From Desulfobacteraceae bacterium (GTDB lineage: Bacteria > Desulfobacterota > Desulfobacteria > Desulfobacterales > ETH-SRB1): 64,000 nt of DNA. Positions 55,180-64,000 of the stretch are shown here, piece after piece. Numbering within the stretch: position 1 is the stretch's first letter; each line of letters begins with the position of its first letter. The position numbers and the translations under genes were made by a program. Location of the stretch: the NCBI GenBank assembly GCA_013792055.1, contig VMSQ01000314.1, positions 8,876 to 72,875 on the forward strand, in the 5' to 3' direction. Below the pieces are notes generated by a model. That model searched no databases, was not told the DNA's origin, and worked only from the letters and a program-made list of their open reading frames with translations.

Positions 55180-55340
55180 AATTTTTAATTATAACCACAT
55201 ATATTATAAAATGCAAGCAAGAGCCCTGAATTAAAAAATCGAATTCGGTAGTTCCTTGACACTCAGCTATTTTTCTGTTAGCGGATTAAAAAACCGCTCA
55301 ACTTAGGTTGAAAAAACTCTTTTAGGAAAAGGTATGTAAA

Positions 55341-55514
55341 ATGGGCTCCATTGACGAACAGATTTTAAAATCAGCCAAGGAAATAATTGTTAAATTTATA
55401 GAGGCTGGGAGGCTTTCTCCGGCCGGCTTCGATGAAACGTTCAAAAATATTTATTACACAATTAAAGAAGCCGTACAAGGTTCGAGAGAAAAATCTGAAG
55501 AACATAATGAATGA
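55341..55514 (+). CDS. small hypothetical protein (57 aa, below the track cut-off)
   Basis: Translated by hand as MGSIDEQILKSAKEIIVKFIEAGRLSPAGFDETFKNIYYTIKEAVQGSREKSEEHNE*. A purine-rich AGGAAAAGG lies upstream. Its stop overlaps the next start (ATGAATGA). Confidence 0.45.
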   Translation: MGSIDEQILKSAKEIIVKFIEAGRLSPAGFDETFKNIYYTIKEAVQGSREKSEEHNE

Positions 55515-56034
55515 AGCTTCTTTAGAAAAAGTTAGTGTTGAAAAAGCAAGTGAAGATCTATTTGACTTTGCAATTGATCGTTCAGATATAAAGCTGATTT
55601 TGCAAAGCTTGCCCGAGGATAAAAAAATTAACCGGGTTTCAGTAGAATATGAAATTCAATTATTAAAAATTTTGGCTGTTGGTTGGAGCATTTCGTTTTT
55701 TCTGGATGAAAGTTCTTTAAGAAAAGAATTATCAGAATCATTTTGGAATGCTCTTCACAGTTTTTCTCAACAGATTTCAGGCATTTCATCTTCATCCACA
55801 GGTAAGGAAATTGATTACTTTAATATCTTAAAAGAGCGATTGGATACATATTTAAAGGCTCTGAATCTTTACACTGACGGTTCTGATCCGCTCGCAGTCA
55901 TTGGCCCAACATTTGCCGAAATTTGCGGTAATGAACAAGATGCACATATTATTTTTTTAGGCTCAAAAGTATTTAACCTTTCTGTCGGCGGTGTAAAAAA
56001 ATATCTCGGGTCTGTCCAAATTGAACCGCAATAG
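55507..56034 (+). CDS. hypothetical protein
   Basis: The start is taken at MNEASLEKVS (Met 26 of track ORF 55432..56034), coupled to the preceding small ORF. The last codons lie inside the 32-nt repeat. No family recognised. Confidence 0.5.
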   Translation: MNEASLEKVSVEKASEDLFDFAIDRSDIKLILQSLPEDKKINRVSVEYEIQLLKILAVGWSISFFLDESSLRKELSESFWNALHSFSQQISGISSSSTGKEIDYFNILKERLDTYLKALNLYTDGSDPLAVIGPTFAEICGNEQDAHIIFLGSKVFNLSVGGVKKYLGSVQIEPQ

Positions 56035-56077
56035 CGAGCGCATTCCCCGTAGATTGCTGCGGGGTTAGCGAGCGAAT
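56021..56077. repeat. second copy of the 32-nt repeat plus hairpin
   Basis: TTGAACCGCAATAGCGAGCGCATTCCCCGTAG is identical to 6691-6722. It is followed by the CCCCGTAG-attg-CTGCGGGG hairpin and a second TAGCGAGCG. Confidence 0.75.
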
Positions 56078-56084
56078 CTAAAAT

Positions 56085-56918
56085 TTAATGCCTGTTCAAG
56101 CTTCCCCTGACATACCCTTCCATGTCCAGAGCTATATGAGAAAATCCTATTTTTTTAAATTTATTAATGATTGTTTTTCTATTAGGTTCATTTAAAAATT
56201 TTTCAATATCATTGATGCTTACTTCTATTCTTGCAACTTCTCCGTGACACCTTACACGACAGGTCTTAAAGCCAAGATCTATTATGGTGTTTTCAGCTAG
56301 TTCTATCATACTTAGTGCTTTTTGAGTCAGGGGAGTTCCATAGGGGATTCTGGTGGCAAAGCATGCCATTGCAGGCTTATCCCATATGGATAAATTCATA
56401 TCTTTTGAAAGCAAGCGGATATCATCTTTTGAAAGTCCTGCATCGATCAATGGGGCAACAATGCCCATTTCTTTTGCGGCCTTAAGTCCGGGCCGGAAAT
56501 CATCAAGGTCATCTAAGTTGGCGCCATGGGAAATATATTTAATGCCCATATCCGAGGCAATTTTTAAAATATCCTCAAAGAGAAGTTTTTTGCATATGTA
56601 GCATCTGTCTTTTTTGTTGGCCATAAAGCCCGAATGATTTATTTCTCTTGATTTAAATAGAATGTGCCTAATTCCAAGGTCTTGGGTAAATTTTTTTGCA
56701 TATTCTGTTTCTCTTGATGGATGTATAGGTGATGTTGCTGATATCGCCACCACATTCTTTTTTAGTATTTTGTAAGCAATGGCAAGTAAAAAGGCGCTGT
56801 CAACTCCACCGGAAAATGCAACCACCAGGGAGTCGAAACCATTTATTATGGAGACAAGTCGTTCTCTTTTACCCTTTAGCCTTAACAGTTTATTATTTTT
56901 CAAAAGAGTCCTCCCCAA
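56085..56918 (-). CDS. larE: PP-loop ATP pyrophosphatase, LarE-like sulfur transferase
   Basis: 277 aa. PP-loop VVAFSGGVDSAFL. The size and the conserved Cys context (DRCYICK) fit the LarE/TIGR00268 family. Confidence 0.65.
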   Translation of the reverse strand: MGRTLLKNNKLLRLKGKRERLVSIINGFDSLVVAFSGGVDSAFLLAIAYKILKKNVVAISATSPIHPSRETEYAKKFTQDLGIRHILFKSREINHSGFMANKKDRCYICKKLLFEDILKIASDMGIKYISHGANLDDLDDFRPGLKAAKEMGIVAPLIDAGLSKDDIRLLSKDMNLSIWDKPAMACFATRIPYGTPLTQKALSMIELAENTIIDLGFKTCRVRCHGEVARIEVSINDIEKFLNEPNRKTIINKFKKIGFSHIALDMEGYVRGSLNRH

Positions 56919-57025
56919 AAGGCGCTAAATTCATAATATTTTCATTTTATATGCTTTTCAAGTGAATATTGACACTTCATGAGACCTTGACAAATTATTA
57001 AGGATATGGGAAGCCTTGAACCGCT

Positions 57026-58561
57026 ATGTTAAAAGAAACTATAAGCAATGAAAAAGAAAAAATCCTATTTGTAGATGATGAGAAAAATATTCTGGAGATA
57101 GCAAGTGAATATTTTCAACATAAAGGATATTATGTGGCTACTGCAAAAAACGGGCTCGAGGCAGTAAAAATTTTAGAGAAAGAGAAAATCGACTGTTGTT
57201 TCACCGATATTAATATGCCTGGAATGGACGGCCTTGAACTCGCTGAACATATAAGAAAAACCGACAATACTATACCTGTAATTATTATGACCGGTTATCC
57301 CTCCTTAGATAATACGATCAGAACTCTTAAAAACGGCGTTGTAGATTTCCTGATCAAGCCTGTCAACCTTAATCAGATGGAGGTTTGTCTCAAGCGCGTT
57401 TTACGTGAACGACAGTTATTTGTAGAAAATATAATTTTAAAAAAGGACGTGGAAGGTAAAAAACAGCTTGAAAGATTAAACAGAGAATTGCTTTATAAAG
57501 TTGAAGAACTAAACATCTTAAACAAAATAATGAGCGATTTTACAATTACCAGCTCAAGCTCCGATGTATTCAAGCGGTTAGTAGATACTACAATAAAGAT
57601 CATGCATGCTGATGAGGCAAGGTTTTATGTAATCAATGAGGCTGTAAAAAGGCCGTTTGAAGTTACTGCTGCCATATCGATCCCTAACAAAGCTAAAAGC
57701 TCTGCCGGCACAGATAACGCCGTCGGAAAGTTGATAATGGAGACCGTGTCAGATGAGATGCCGTTGTTGATTTCCGAAAACAAAGGAGCAAGAGGTTTGC
57801 CTGAAGATGTATTATCATTTATGATAGTACCGCTGGCGATCAGGGAAAAAGTATTCGGCGTTCTGACCGCATCCATAAAAACAACCGGCATTCGTTTTAC
57901 TGAAAAAGATTTATATTATCTATCATTTATGACGAACAAAGCAGCCTATGCTATTGAAAACCTTGCTCTTTATGAGAATATTTACGAAAATCTGTTCTCA
58001 ACTTTATATGCATTTGTAAAAGCTATAGAGGCAAGAGATCCATATACACAGCAGCACTCAAACAGAGTTACAAAAATAGCAATCGCTATCGGGAAAGAGA
58101 TGGGCTGCACTTCAGAAGAATTAGATATTCTCAATTTTGCAGGGCACCTTCACGACATCGGCAAGATCGGAATAAGGGACGCCATCCTTCTTAAACCATC
58201 AACTTATACTGAAGAAGAATTTAAAATTATCAAAGAGCATTCACTTATCGGCGCAAGCATAATAGGACAGCTAGGGTTGCTGGAAAGTGAAAAACAGATA
58301 ATAAAACATCATCATGAGCGCTTTGATGGAACAGGGTATCCCGATGGTTTAAAAGAAAAAGAAATTCCATTGCTTGCACGCATACTTTCTGTTGCCGACG
58401 TTTATGATGCCTTATCCTCTGATAGATCTTACCGAAAAAAGATGGAGAAAAATGAGACAATAAAGATAATTAAAGAAGGAAGAGGCGCCCAATTTGATCC
58501 TGATGTTGTAGATGCTTTTTTTAAACTCTATTATGCAGGAGTCATTGAAAAAATCATATAA
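57026..58561 (+). CDS. response regulator with GAF and HD-GYP (c-di-GMP phosphodiesterase-type) domains
   Basis: 511 aa. REC domain (ILFVDDE...DINMPGMDG...KP), a central GAF-like region, and a C-terminal HD-GYP domain (HSNRV, HLHDIGKI, HHERFDGTGYP). Confidence 0.88.
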   Translation: MLKETISNEKEKILFVDDEKNILEIASEYFQHKGYYVATAKNGLEAVKILEKEKIDCCFTDINMPGMDGLELAEHIRKTDNTIPVIIMTGYPSLDNTIRTLKNGVVDFLIKPVNLNQMEVCLKRVLRERQLFVENIILKKDVEGKKQLERLNRELLYKVEELNILNKIMSDFTITSSSSDVFKRLVDTTIKIMHADEARFYVINEAVKRPFEVTAAISIPNKAKSSAGTDNAVGKLIMETVSDEMPLLISENKGARGLPEDVLSFMIVPLAIREKVFGVLTASIKTTGIRFTEKDLYYLSFMTNKAAYAIENLALYENIYENLFSTLYAFVKAIEARDPYTQQHSNRVTKIAIAIGKEMGCTSEELDILNFAGHLHDIGKIGIRDAILLKPSTYTEEEFKIIKEHSLIGASIIGQLGLLESEKQIIKHHHERFDGTGYPDGLKEKEIPLLARILSVADVYDALSSDRSYRKKMEKNETIKIIKEGRGAQFDPDVVDAFFKLYYAGVIEKII

Positions 58562-58831
58562 TAAATTTTTCATGATAAATACTCATCACAGAGAAAAATA
58601 TTTATATAAATAAAAAAGGTCCGCTATTATCCAGATGTAAACTAATTGTTTCACCAACCTAACTTATTTAAATCTCTCAGTTTACCTGCTAAGTCATACT
58701 TTTGGGCTTCCAATCACTGTAACCTAATAGTTTGCCAACAGTATAAAAAATCCAAACCCAATTATTAAAATCAATGAGCAATTATTAATTATTACAAGCG
58801 ATTAAGATTTTATTTCCACTTACTGATTTTT

Positions 58832-58846
58832 TGGCACCTCTATTGC
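58832..58846 (+). promoter_or_regulatory. sigma-54 (-24/-12) promoter upstream of usp
   Basis: TGGCAC-ctcta-TTGCT is an exact match to the TGGCAC-N5-TTGC(A/T) consensus and spacing, ~100 nt upstream of the usp ATG in an AT-rich leader. Confidence 0.55.
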
Positions 58847-58946
58847 TATTATTTAATAATTGTAAGAATATATTTTATGATATAATAGGATTTTTTAATA
58901 ATTATTACATTACCATATACTAATTATTAACGAAAAGGAGAATAAC

Positions 58947-59399
58947 ATGAAGAAATTTAAAAAGATTTTGTTTCCCGTCGATCTTTCGGAATCATTACCG
59001 AAACTGGTCCCTTATGTACTGACAATGGCAGAAAAGTTTGGAGCTGAAATACATATGGTGTTTATTGCTCGTATTCTTGACCATTTCACAGGTGTTTATG
59101 TCCCTCACACTTCAATAGACGTGTTTGAAAAGGAAGTGGTTGAAGGAGCGAAAAAGCGAATACAGGAATTCAAGGAAGAATATTTTCAGGCTTACCCAGA
59201 CACAAAAGCGGTAGTGTTGACTGGGGACATTTCAGATAAAATCCTGGCTTATATCAAATCAGAAGGATTTGATTTAGTGGTTATGGGTACTCATGGCCGA
59301 TTGGGTTTAGAGAAAATAGTTTTCGGTTCTGTTGCAGAAAGGGTAGCCAAGATGTCTCCTGTTCCTGTGCTTCTTGTGAATCCTCATAAGGTTTCCTAA
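58947..59399 (+). CDS. universal stress protein UspA family
   Basis: 150 aa. KKILFPVDLSE at the N-terminus and the ATP-binding-type motif VMGTHGRLGLEKIVFGSVAERV. Confidence 0.88.
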   Translation: MKKFKKILFPVDLSESLPKLVPYVLTMAEKFGAEIHMVFIARILDHFTGVYVPHTSIDVFEKEVVEGAKKRIQEFKEEYFQAYPDTKAVVLTGDISDKILAYIKSEGFDLVVMGTHGRLGLEKIVFGSVAERVAKMSPVPVLLVNPHKVS

Positions 59400-59437
59400 T
59401 CTATAGTCAGTCAAAATTTTTCGACAGCTTACAGCTG

Positions 59438-59518
59438 GATTTGACCGGTTCGATTGAGCAGAAGACCAGAAATAGAAGATATTGTCCAAAGTTTTTGTGA
59501 TTAAGAACCGGTCAAATC
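59438..59518. repeat. 14-bp perfect inverted repeat with a 53-nt spacer downstream of usp
   Basis: GATTTGACCGGTTC (59438-59451) and GAACCGGTCAAATC (59505-59518). Confidence 0.5.
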
Positions 59519-59781
59519 TGCATAGAAAAAAGATAATTTTTTCTCATCTAATTGAACTTCTTTCTGATACAGTCTCGTAATCAGGCTGTATCAAAATGCA
59601 ATATCAATCATCAAACATTCTATCCTGTTCCTTGCAAGCTTAATTTGCCGGTTTTATCTGGCTTCTAATTAAAAGCCCAGGTATTTATAGTGTTTGTCAG
59701 AATAATGTTCCGATTGTTCATATAAATATATTAGCGGAAAAATATGAGAGAAATCTAATAGAGGCTGTTTTGAAAGCGCCT

Positions 59782-61047
59782 CTAAGGAATGTTTACAAAG
59801 GAAGAAATTTGCTTAAGAGTTTCTTCAACATACCAGTTGACCCTTGCATTGCTTGACAGAACCATATCAAGCTGCCTGGTATGCATTACAAGATGGCCGA
59901 GAATTTTCAATCTATCATCCAAATAATTTCCTTTATGTCCTTCCAGCCATGCAAAAACAAGATCATCTTTTACCTCGACCCAAAAATCAAACTTTTCCAG
60001 AATGATTTTAATTAAGTTGGCCCTTCTTGCCTTTCGAACAGGGTCAGCTCCTCCTCCGTTAAAACTGAAGCAAAGGTAATTCTCCCCAGGCTTTTGGCCA
60101 AAAGAAGCCTCAACAGTGGAAAAATGGAAACCGAATCGTGAGCTTAGATGGCAGAAATTACTGGAAATAATGAAATAATTCCGTACAGCGTAACGAGAGC
60201 GCATACCAGGTACAAGGCTCCTGTCCATTGTCGCTGAAAACATTACTGAAAGAAAACCTTTTGTGTCTATTGGAGGACCTTTCCAGGGCACTGCGGTTAT
60301 CCCCTCCCACAAAGTCAACATAGGGGCAGATTTTATATCTTCAAGTCTTACAGTATCCGCATCAATTCCTTTGTTAAAACAGCCATCCAGATCAACAATC
60401 CACCATTGCATTGGAATATCGATAACCAATCTCCTGGCTATCTTCTCGGTACAAAATGCTTCCTTTTTTCTACAGTCAAAAAATTCACGTGAAGACATTT
60501 CATATGCAAAATATAAAATATCCCGAATGCTCCGACATTCTTTTAAATTAAAATTATGTGAATTTACGTTCAAATTTAATTGAGCAATATATTTAAGTAC
60601 ATTTGCCAATACAATATCGGCAGACTCTGTTTTATCAAAATCTTTCCTTTTGTTGCTGATCTCTGCTGCAGTTGCTTCATCTAAGGTCTCAGAAAATTTA
60701 GCCAGTTCCTTGTTAATTTTTGCCAATAAATTTTCAAGCACACTAATAAGTATTTCATACCGATTATCGCATAAACAATTTAAGCTCTCGATAATTTTGT
60801 ATATATTAGACGATATATTCTTACAATTAGACTCGATGAATGAAACGTCAAAACTTCGGCTTCCCAAATAAGCCTGCTCCATATTATCTATCATATCAAA
60901 TACTTCATAGTGTGACGTTAAAATAGTTTTAAAGTTCACATTTTTTCTTGTAACAGTACGGCAAATATCATCGATAGAGATTTCTTGTTCCAAATTTGAA
61001 TCCCCGTCTTTTTGCCATATATTGAAAATTTTTTTTATTCCAAACAT
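59782..61047 (-). CDS. hypothetical protein
   Basis: 421-aa ORF. The C-terminal half (GFHFSTVEASF...FSFNGGGADPVRKARRANLI...HTRQLDM) faintly recalls C-terminal regions of PEP-utilising/PPDK-like proteins. I cannot support an assignment. Confidence 0.55.
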   Translation of the reverse strand: MFGIKKIFNIWQKDGDSNLEQEISIDDICRTVTRKNVNFKTILTSHYEVFDMIDNMEQAYLGSRSFDVSFIESNCKNISSNIYKIIESLNCLCDNRYEILISVLENLLAKINKELAKFSETLDEATAAEISNKRKDFDKTESADIVLANVLKYIAQLNLNVNSHNFNLKECRSIRDILYFAYEMSSREFFDCRKKEAFCTEKIARRLVIDIPMQWWIVDLDGCFNKGIDADTVRLEDIKSAPMLTLWEGITAVPWKGPPIDTKGFLSVMFSATMDRSLVPGMRSRYAVRNYFIISSNFCHLSSRFGFHFSTVEASFGQKPGENYLCFSFNGGGADPVRKARRANLIKIILEKFDFWVEVKDDLVFAWLEGHKGNYLDDRLKILGHLVMHTRQLDMVLSSNARVNWYVEETLKQISSFVNIP

Positions 61048-61073
61048 GATGAACTCGTAAAAATCAAAATTTA

Positions 61074-61199
61074 GACGGCAAAGTAAAAAGCTTCAGTTTC
61101 AAGGCGCGCAAATACTGAGGAAAGAGACGTACTTATAGCTACGTCGCAATGACGAAGGATGCAGCGCAACACAGAAAATGGACTTTTTACGAAGCCGTC
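61074..61199 (+). repeat. diverged member (copy D) of the structured repeat family
   Basis: The outer stem GACGGCAAAGTAAAAAG / CTTTTTACGAAGCCGTC is a third sequence version. The interior begins CTTCAGTTTCAAGGCGCGCAAATACT (compare TTCAAGTTCAAGGAAGACGCAAATTTT) and ends ...GCAGCGCAACACAGAAAATGG (compare GACGCAGAAATTGGG). Confidence 0.5.
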
Positions 61200-61419
61200 A
61201 AGCATAAACCAATAAATTCCGATGGCATTGGGTACATAATAATTTTCAACAGTATAAATATAATATATTATTGTCAATGAAACTTGCCTGAATTTTAAAC
61301 AAATTGTAATTATCAAATTTATTCCCCGACGTTTCCCTTGCATTATAAGAGTTTTCAATTATAATTTAAATATATCTCGTAACCGTGAACTGTGAACCTG
61401 ACAACCTGGGTAGTTACAA

Positions 61420-62748
61420 ATGGATTTAAAAGACAAACTCAAGCTCAACAAAGCCGCCTTAATTATATCCTGGTTCATAGGCTTTTTGTGTTTTATATTA
61501 ACCCTTATGATAAGCATACAAAAAACTCATGTCAGCACTAACAGCCTGTTCTGGATTCAAGGTACAGGCATTGTTGCCCTAATGATAGGAATGGCTGGGG
61601 CTTTATTTTATGATCAATGGCGTTTCAGCATCCTTCAAAATCAGATTTCATTCCAGGCCAAAGAACTCAAGCGATATGAAGAAAGATACAGAAGCTTGGT
61701 GGAAAGTGCTGAAGATTTTATATTTACAGTTGATGACTCAGGCTATTTCCGATCATTAAACACCTTTACTGCTGCTTTTTTCGGTGGGACCCCTTCCCAA
61801 TTTATTGGTCAGCCTCTGTCAAACCTTTTCTCAAAAGAAGTTGCTGAAAAACAGCTCGGCATTATTAAGCATGTTTTCAGATTCGGCAAAAGCGTTCGTG
61901 ATGACTTTATGGTAACAACAGGAGAACATCAGGTTTTGCTTAACGCCAATTTTATGCCTCATAAAGATGAAAAAGGAAATGTGCAATCCGTTCTTTGTAT
62001 TGCAAAAGATATAACTGAAAGTAAGAAACTTGAAAACCAGCTGGTTAATACCGAAAAACTGGCCTCCATGGGCACCCTGGCTGCAGGGGTTGCACACGAA
62101 ATTAATAATCCGCTGGGTATTATTCTTGGATTCACTGATCTTCTCCTGGAAAAATGTGAAAAAAACAGCCAGAGTTATGAAGATTTAAAAACAATTGAAC
62201 GCCACAGCTTTCACTGCAAGGCAGTAGTAGAAAACCTGCTGAAATTTGCCCGTCATGGGGAAGGCCTTTATGAATACTGTGATATCAATGAGGCTATCAG
62301 AAATATTATGGATGTGGTTAAACACTCATTGGACATGAACGATATTGAACTTCAATTAAATCTTGCGTCTGATCTTCCTGAAGTTAAAGGTGATTTGCGA
62401 CAAATGCAGCAGGTAATACTGAACCTGATCAATAATGCCGCAGCCTCAATGAAAAATGGAGGTATATTGTGGATAAGTTCGGCTATTGATGCTAATAAAG
62501 AAAAGGTAGTTGTAGTTGTCCGCGATAATGGACATGGCATCCCGTCTGAATATATGGATAAAATTTTTGATCCATTTTTTACAACAAAGAGTGAAGGGGA
62601 AGGCACAGGTTTAGGCCTTTCTGTAAGTCACGGAATTATAACTAAATATGAGGGGGCAATTTCCTGTGAGAGTAATACGGCTAACTCCGGTAACAACCCC
62701 AAAGGAACCACTTTTAAAATTACACTCAGGGTTAGGGATAAGGGCTAA
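61420..62748 (+). CDS. PAS-domain sensor histidine kinase
   Basis: 442 aa. Two N-terminal TM helices, a PAS region, the H-box [12 protein letters not shown], and HATPase N/G boxes (LINNAA, DNGHGI, GTGLGLS). Confidence 0.88.
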   Translation: MDLKDKLKLNKAALIISWFIGFLCFILTLMISIQKTHVSTNSLFWIQGTGIVALMIGMAGALFYDQWRFSILQNQISFQAKELKRYEERYRSLVESAEDFIFTVDDSGYFRSLNTFTAAFFGGTPSQFIGQPLSNLFSKEVAEKQLGIIKHVFRFGKSVRDDFMVTTGEHQVLLNANFMPHKDEKGNVQSVLCIAKDITESKKLENQLVNTEKLASMGTLAAGVAHEINNPLGIILGFTDLLLEKCEKNSQSYEDLKTIERHSFHCKAVVENLLKFARHGEGLYEYCDINEAIRNIMDVVKHSLDMNDIELQLNLASDLPEVKGDLRQMQQVILNLINNAAASMKNGGILWISSAIDANKEKVVVVVRDNGHGIPSEYMDKIFDPFFTTKSEGEGTGLGLSVSHGIITKYEGAISCESNTANSGNNPKGTTFKITLRVRDKG

Positions 62749-62750
62749 TT

Positions 62751-64000
62751 ATGGATGGAAGAATTTTAATAGTTGACGATGAAAAGGATATGCTCGTCCT
62801 TTTAACAAGGATAGTTACAGAAAAAACTAACTATATAGTTGAAACAGAACAAGATCCTTTGAAGGTGAAAGAACTTCTGAGAAAGCATCAATTTAATGTC
62901 ATAATAACTGATTTAAAAATGCCGAAAATGGATGGGATAGCCATCCTTGATATGGTAAAAAAAATTCAACCCTCTGCTATTGTTGTAATTATGACAGCGT
63001 ATGCCACTATTGAAACCGCCATAGAAGCAACCAGAAAAGGAGCTTTTGACTATATATCCAAGCCGTTCCGTAAAGAACGGATACTTATTACAATTGACAA
63101 GGCCATGGAATGGCTAAAGCTCACACAGGAGAATGTAGCTCTGAGAAAGTCTATCCAGTATAAAAAAGAATCTCTTCCAATTATCGGCTCCAGCTTCGCT
63201 ACCACATCAATTTTAAAAATGATCAACCAGGTGGCCAAAGCAACAGCTACGGTTCTTATAAGCGGAGAAAGCGGTACCGGCAAAGAACTGGCAGCAAAAG
63301 CTATTCATTATAATAGCAACCGTAAAGACAAGCCTTTTATAACGATTAACTGCACTGCGATGCCTGAACAAATAATAGAAAGCGAGCTTTTTGGCCACGT
63401 CAAGGGCTCCTTTACCGGTGCATTGAAAGATAAGAGAGGGATTGTTGAAGAAGCGGACCAGGGCACTCTTTTTTTAGACGAAATAGGAGAGCTGAACATG
63501 GTCATGCAGGCCAAATTGCTTCGACTCCTGCAGGAAGGGGAATACAAGCCGGTGGGAGGTCTAACAACAAAAAAAGCTGATATCCGTTTTGTAGTTGCCA
63601 CCAATCGGGATCTTAAAAAACTCATTGAATTAAAACAATTTCGGGAAGATCTTTACTACAGGCTTAATGTGATCAATATACACCTGCCTCCTTTAAGGGA
63701 TAGAAAAGAAGACATCCCTATTTTAGCATATCATTTTCTTGAAAAATTCAACTCTTTAAACGATAAAAAAATTAGTGATATTGACCCTGAAGCAATGTCA
63801 GCACTAATGTCTAAAAGCTGGCCCGGAAATATCAGGGAGCTTGCAAACTGTATTGAGCGCGGAGCTATCCTCTGCCGATCCGATACAATTAAAATCTCAG
63901 ATATCCTGCCACAAGAACCTACAGAACATACTTCGCCTCTTTTTGATCATACTATTTATACGCTTCCTTTTAGAGAGGCAAAGGGAATCGTTAGAAAGGC
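62751..64000 (+). CDS. sigma-54-dependent response regulator (NtrC family), 3' end off-window
   Basis: Not in the ORF track because no stop falls within the window. Hand translation from the ATG at 62751 gives MDGRILIVDDEKDML...DLKMPKMDG (REC) and then the AAA+ sigma-54 activator blocks ISGESGTGKE, ESELFGHVKGSFTGA, LFLDEIGEL, RLLQEGEY. It starts 2 nt after the kinase stop. Confidence 0.85.
   Translation, partial: MDGRILIVDDEKDMLVLLTRIVTEKTNYIVETEQDPLKVKELLRKHQFNVIITDLKMPKMDGIAILDMVKKIQPSAIVVIMTAYATIETAIEATRKGAFDYISKPFRKERILITIDKAMEWLKLTQENVALRKSIQYKKESLPIIGSSFATTSILKMINQVAKATATVLISGESGTGKELAAKAIHYNSNRKDKPFITINCTAMPEQIIESELFGHVKGSFTGALKDKRGIVEEADQGTLFLDEIGELNMVMQAKLLRLLQEGEYKPVGGLTTKKADIRFVVATNRDLKKLIELKQFREDLYYRLNVINIHLPPLRDRKEDIPILAYHFLEKFNSLNDKKISDIDPEAMSALMSKSWPGNIRELANCIERGAILCRSDTIKISDILPQEPTEHTSPLFDHTIYTLPFREAKGIVRK

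Noticed and set aside
61071-61358. 95-aa minus-strand ORF
   Set aside because: It covers repeat copy D and the AT-rich divergent promoter region. The sequence looks non-coding (runs of I, Y and N).

Overview
AT-rich 64-kb chromosomal segment. Its gene content suggests a Desulfobacterota (Desulfobacterales-type) anaerobe, but that is inference only: alternative haem pathway ahbD-hemB-ahbC, Na+-translocating decarboxylase subunits, archease-rtcB, tandem moeA, sigma-54/NtrC-type regulation.

Housekeeping blocks:
- 1-20.4 kb: nadB (5' end off-window), tRNA-Ala(GGC), ppiD, DUF47-pit, oadG/B-like, two moeA paralogues, archease-rtcB, uppP, phosphomannomutase, an MFS transporter.
- 37.9-64 kb: lnt, prfB with the classical +1 frameshift, an HD protein, a 1108-aa multidomain Fe-S flavoprotein, tatD, LMW-PTP, ahbD-hemB-ahbC, a ClpX-like AAA+ protein, larE, an RR-GAF-HD-GYP regulator, usp behind a sigma-54 promoter, and a histidine kinase plus NtrC-type regulator that runs off the right edge.

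Between them lies a ~17-kb accessory defence/toxin-antitoxin island (20.4-37.6 kb):
- Two cassettes are delimited by three diverged direct copies of the MFS gene 3' end. One holds an AbiEi/AbiEii-like pair. The other holds an orphan RHH antitoxin plus an XRE-ImmA/IrrE and PIN-like pair.
- Next come a hicA-hicB-unknown operon, a small membrane protein, and a two-gene module of an Eco57I/PglX-like m6A methyltransferase plus a PLD-nuclease-SNF2-helicase fusion. I cannot place this module in any named system.
- It ends with DUF429, an unknown 446-aa gene and a decayed DUF1016 gene.
- No integrase or transposase is seen in the island.

A second decayed mobile locus at 47.1-48.6 kb has an integron-integrase N-terminal remnant, phd-vapC and a truncated GDSL lipoprotein gene.

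The intergenic space carries several structured repeat families. One ~145-bp family keeps a conserved core while its outer stems are exchanged in a compensatory way, and one copy sits inside a small ORF.

No CRISPR array and no rRNA were found. ORF coordinates follow the supplied track. Hand-counted coordinates of non-ORF features may be off by 1-2 nt.
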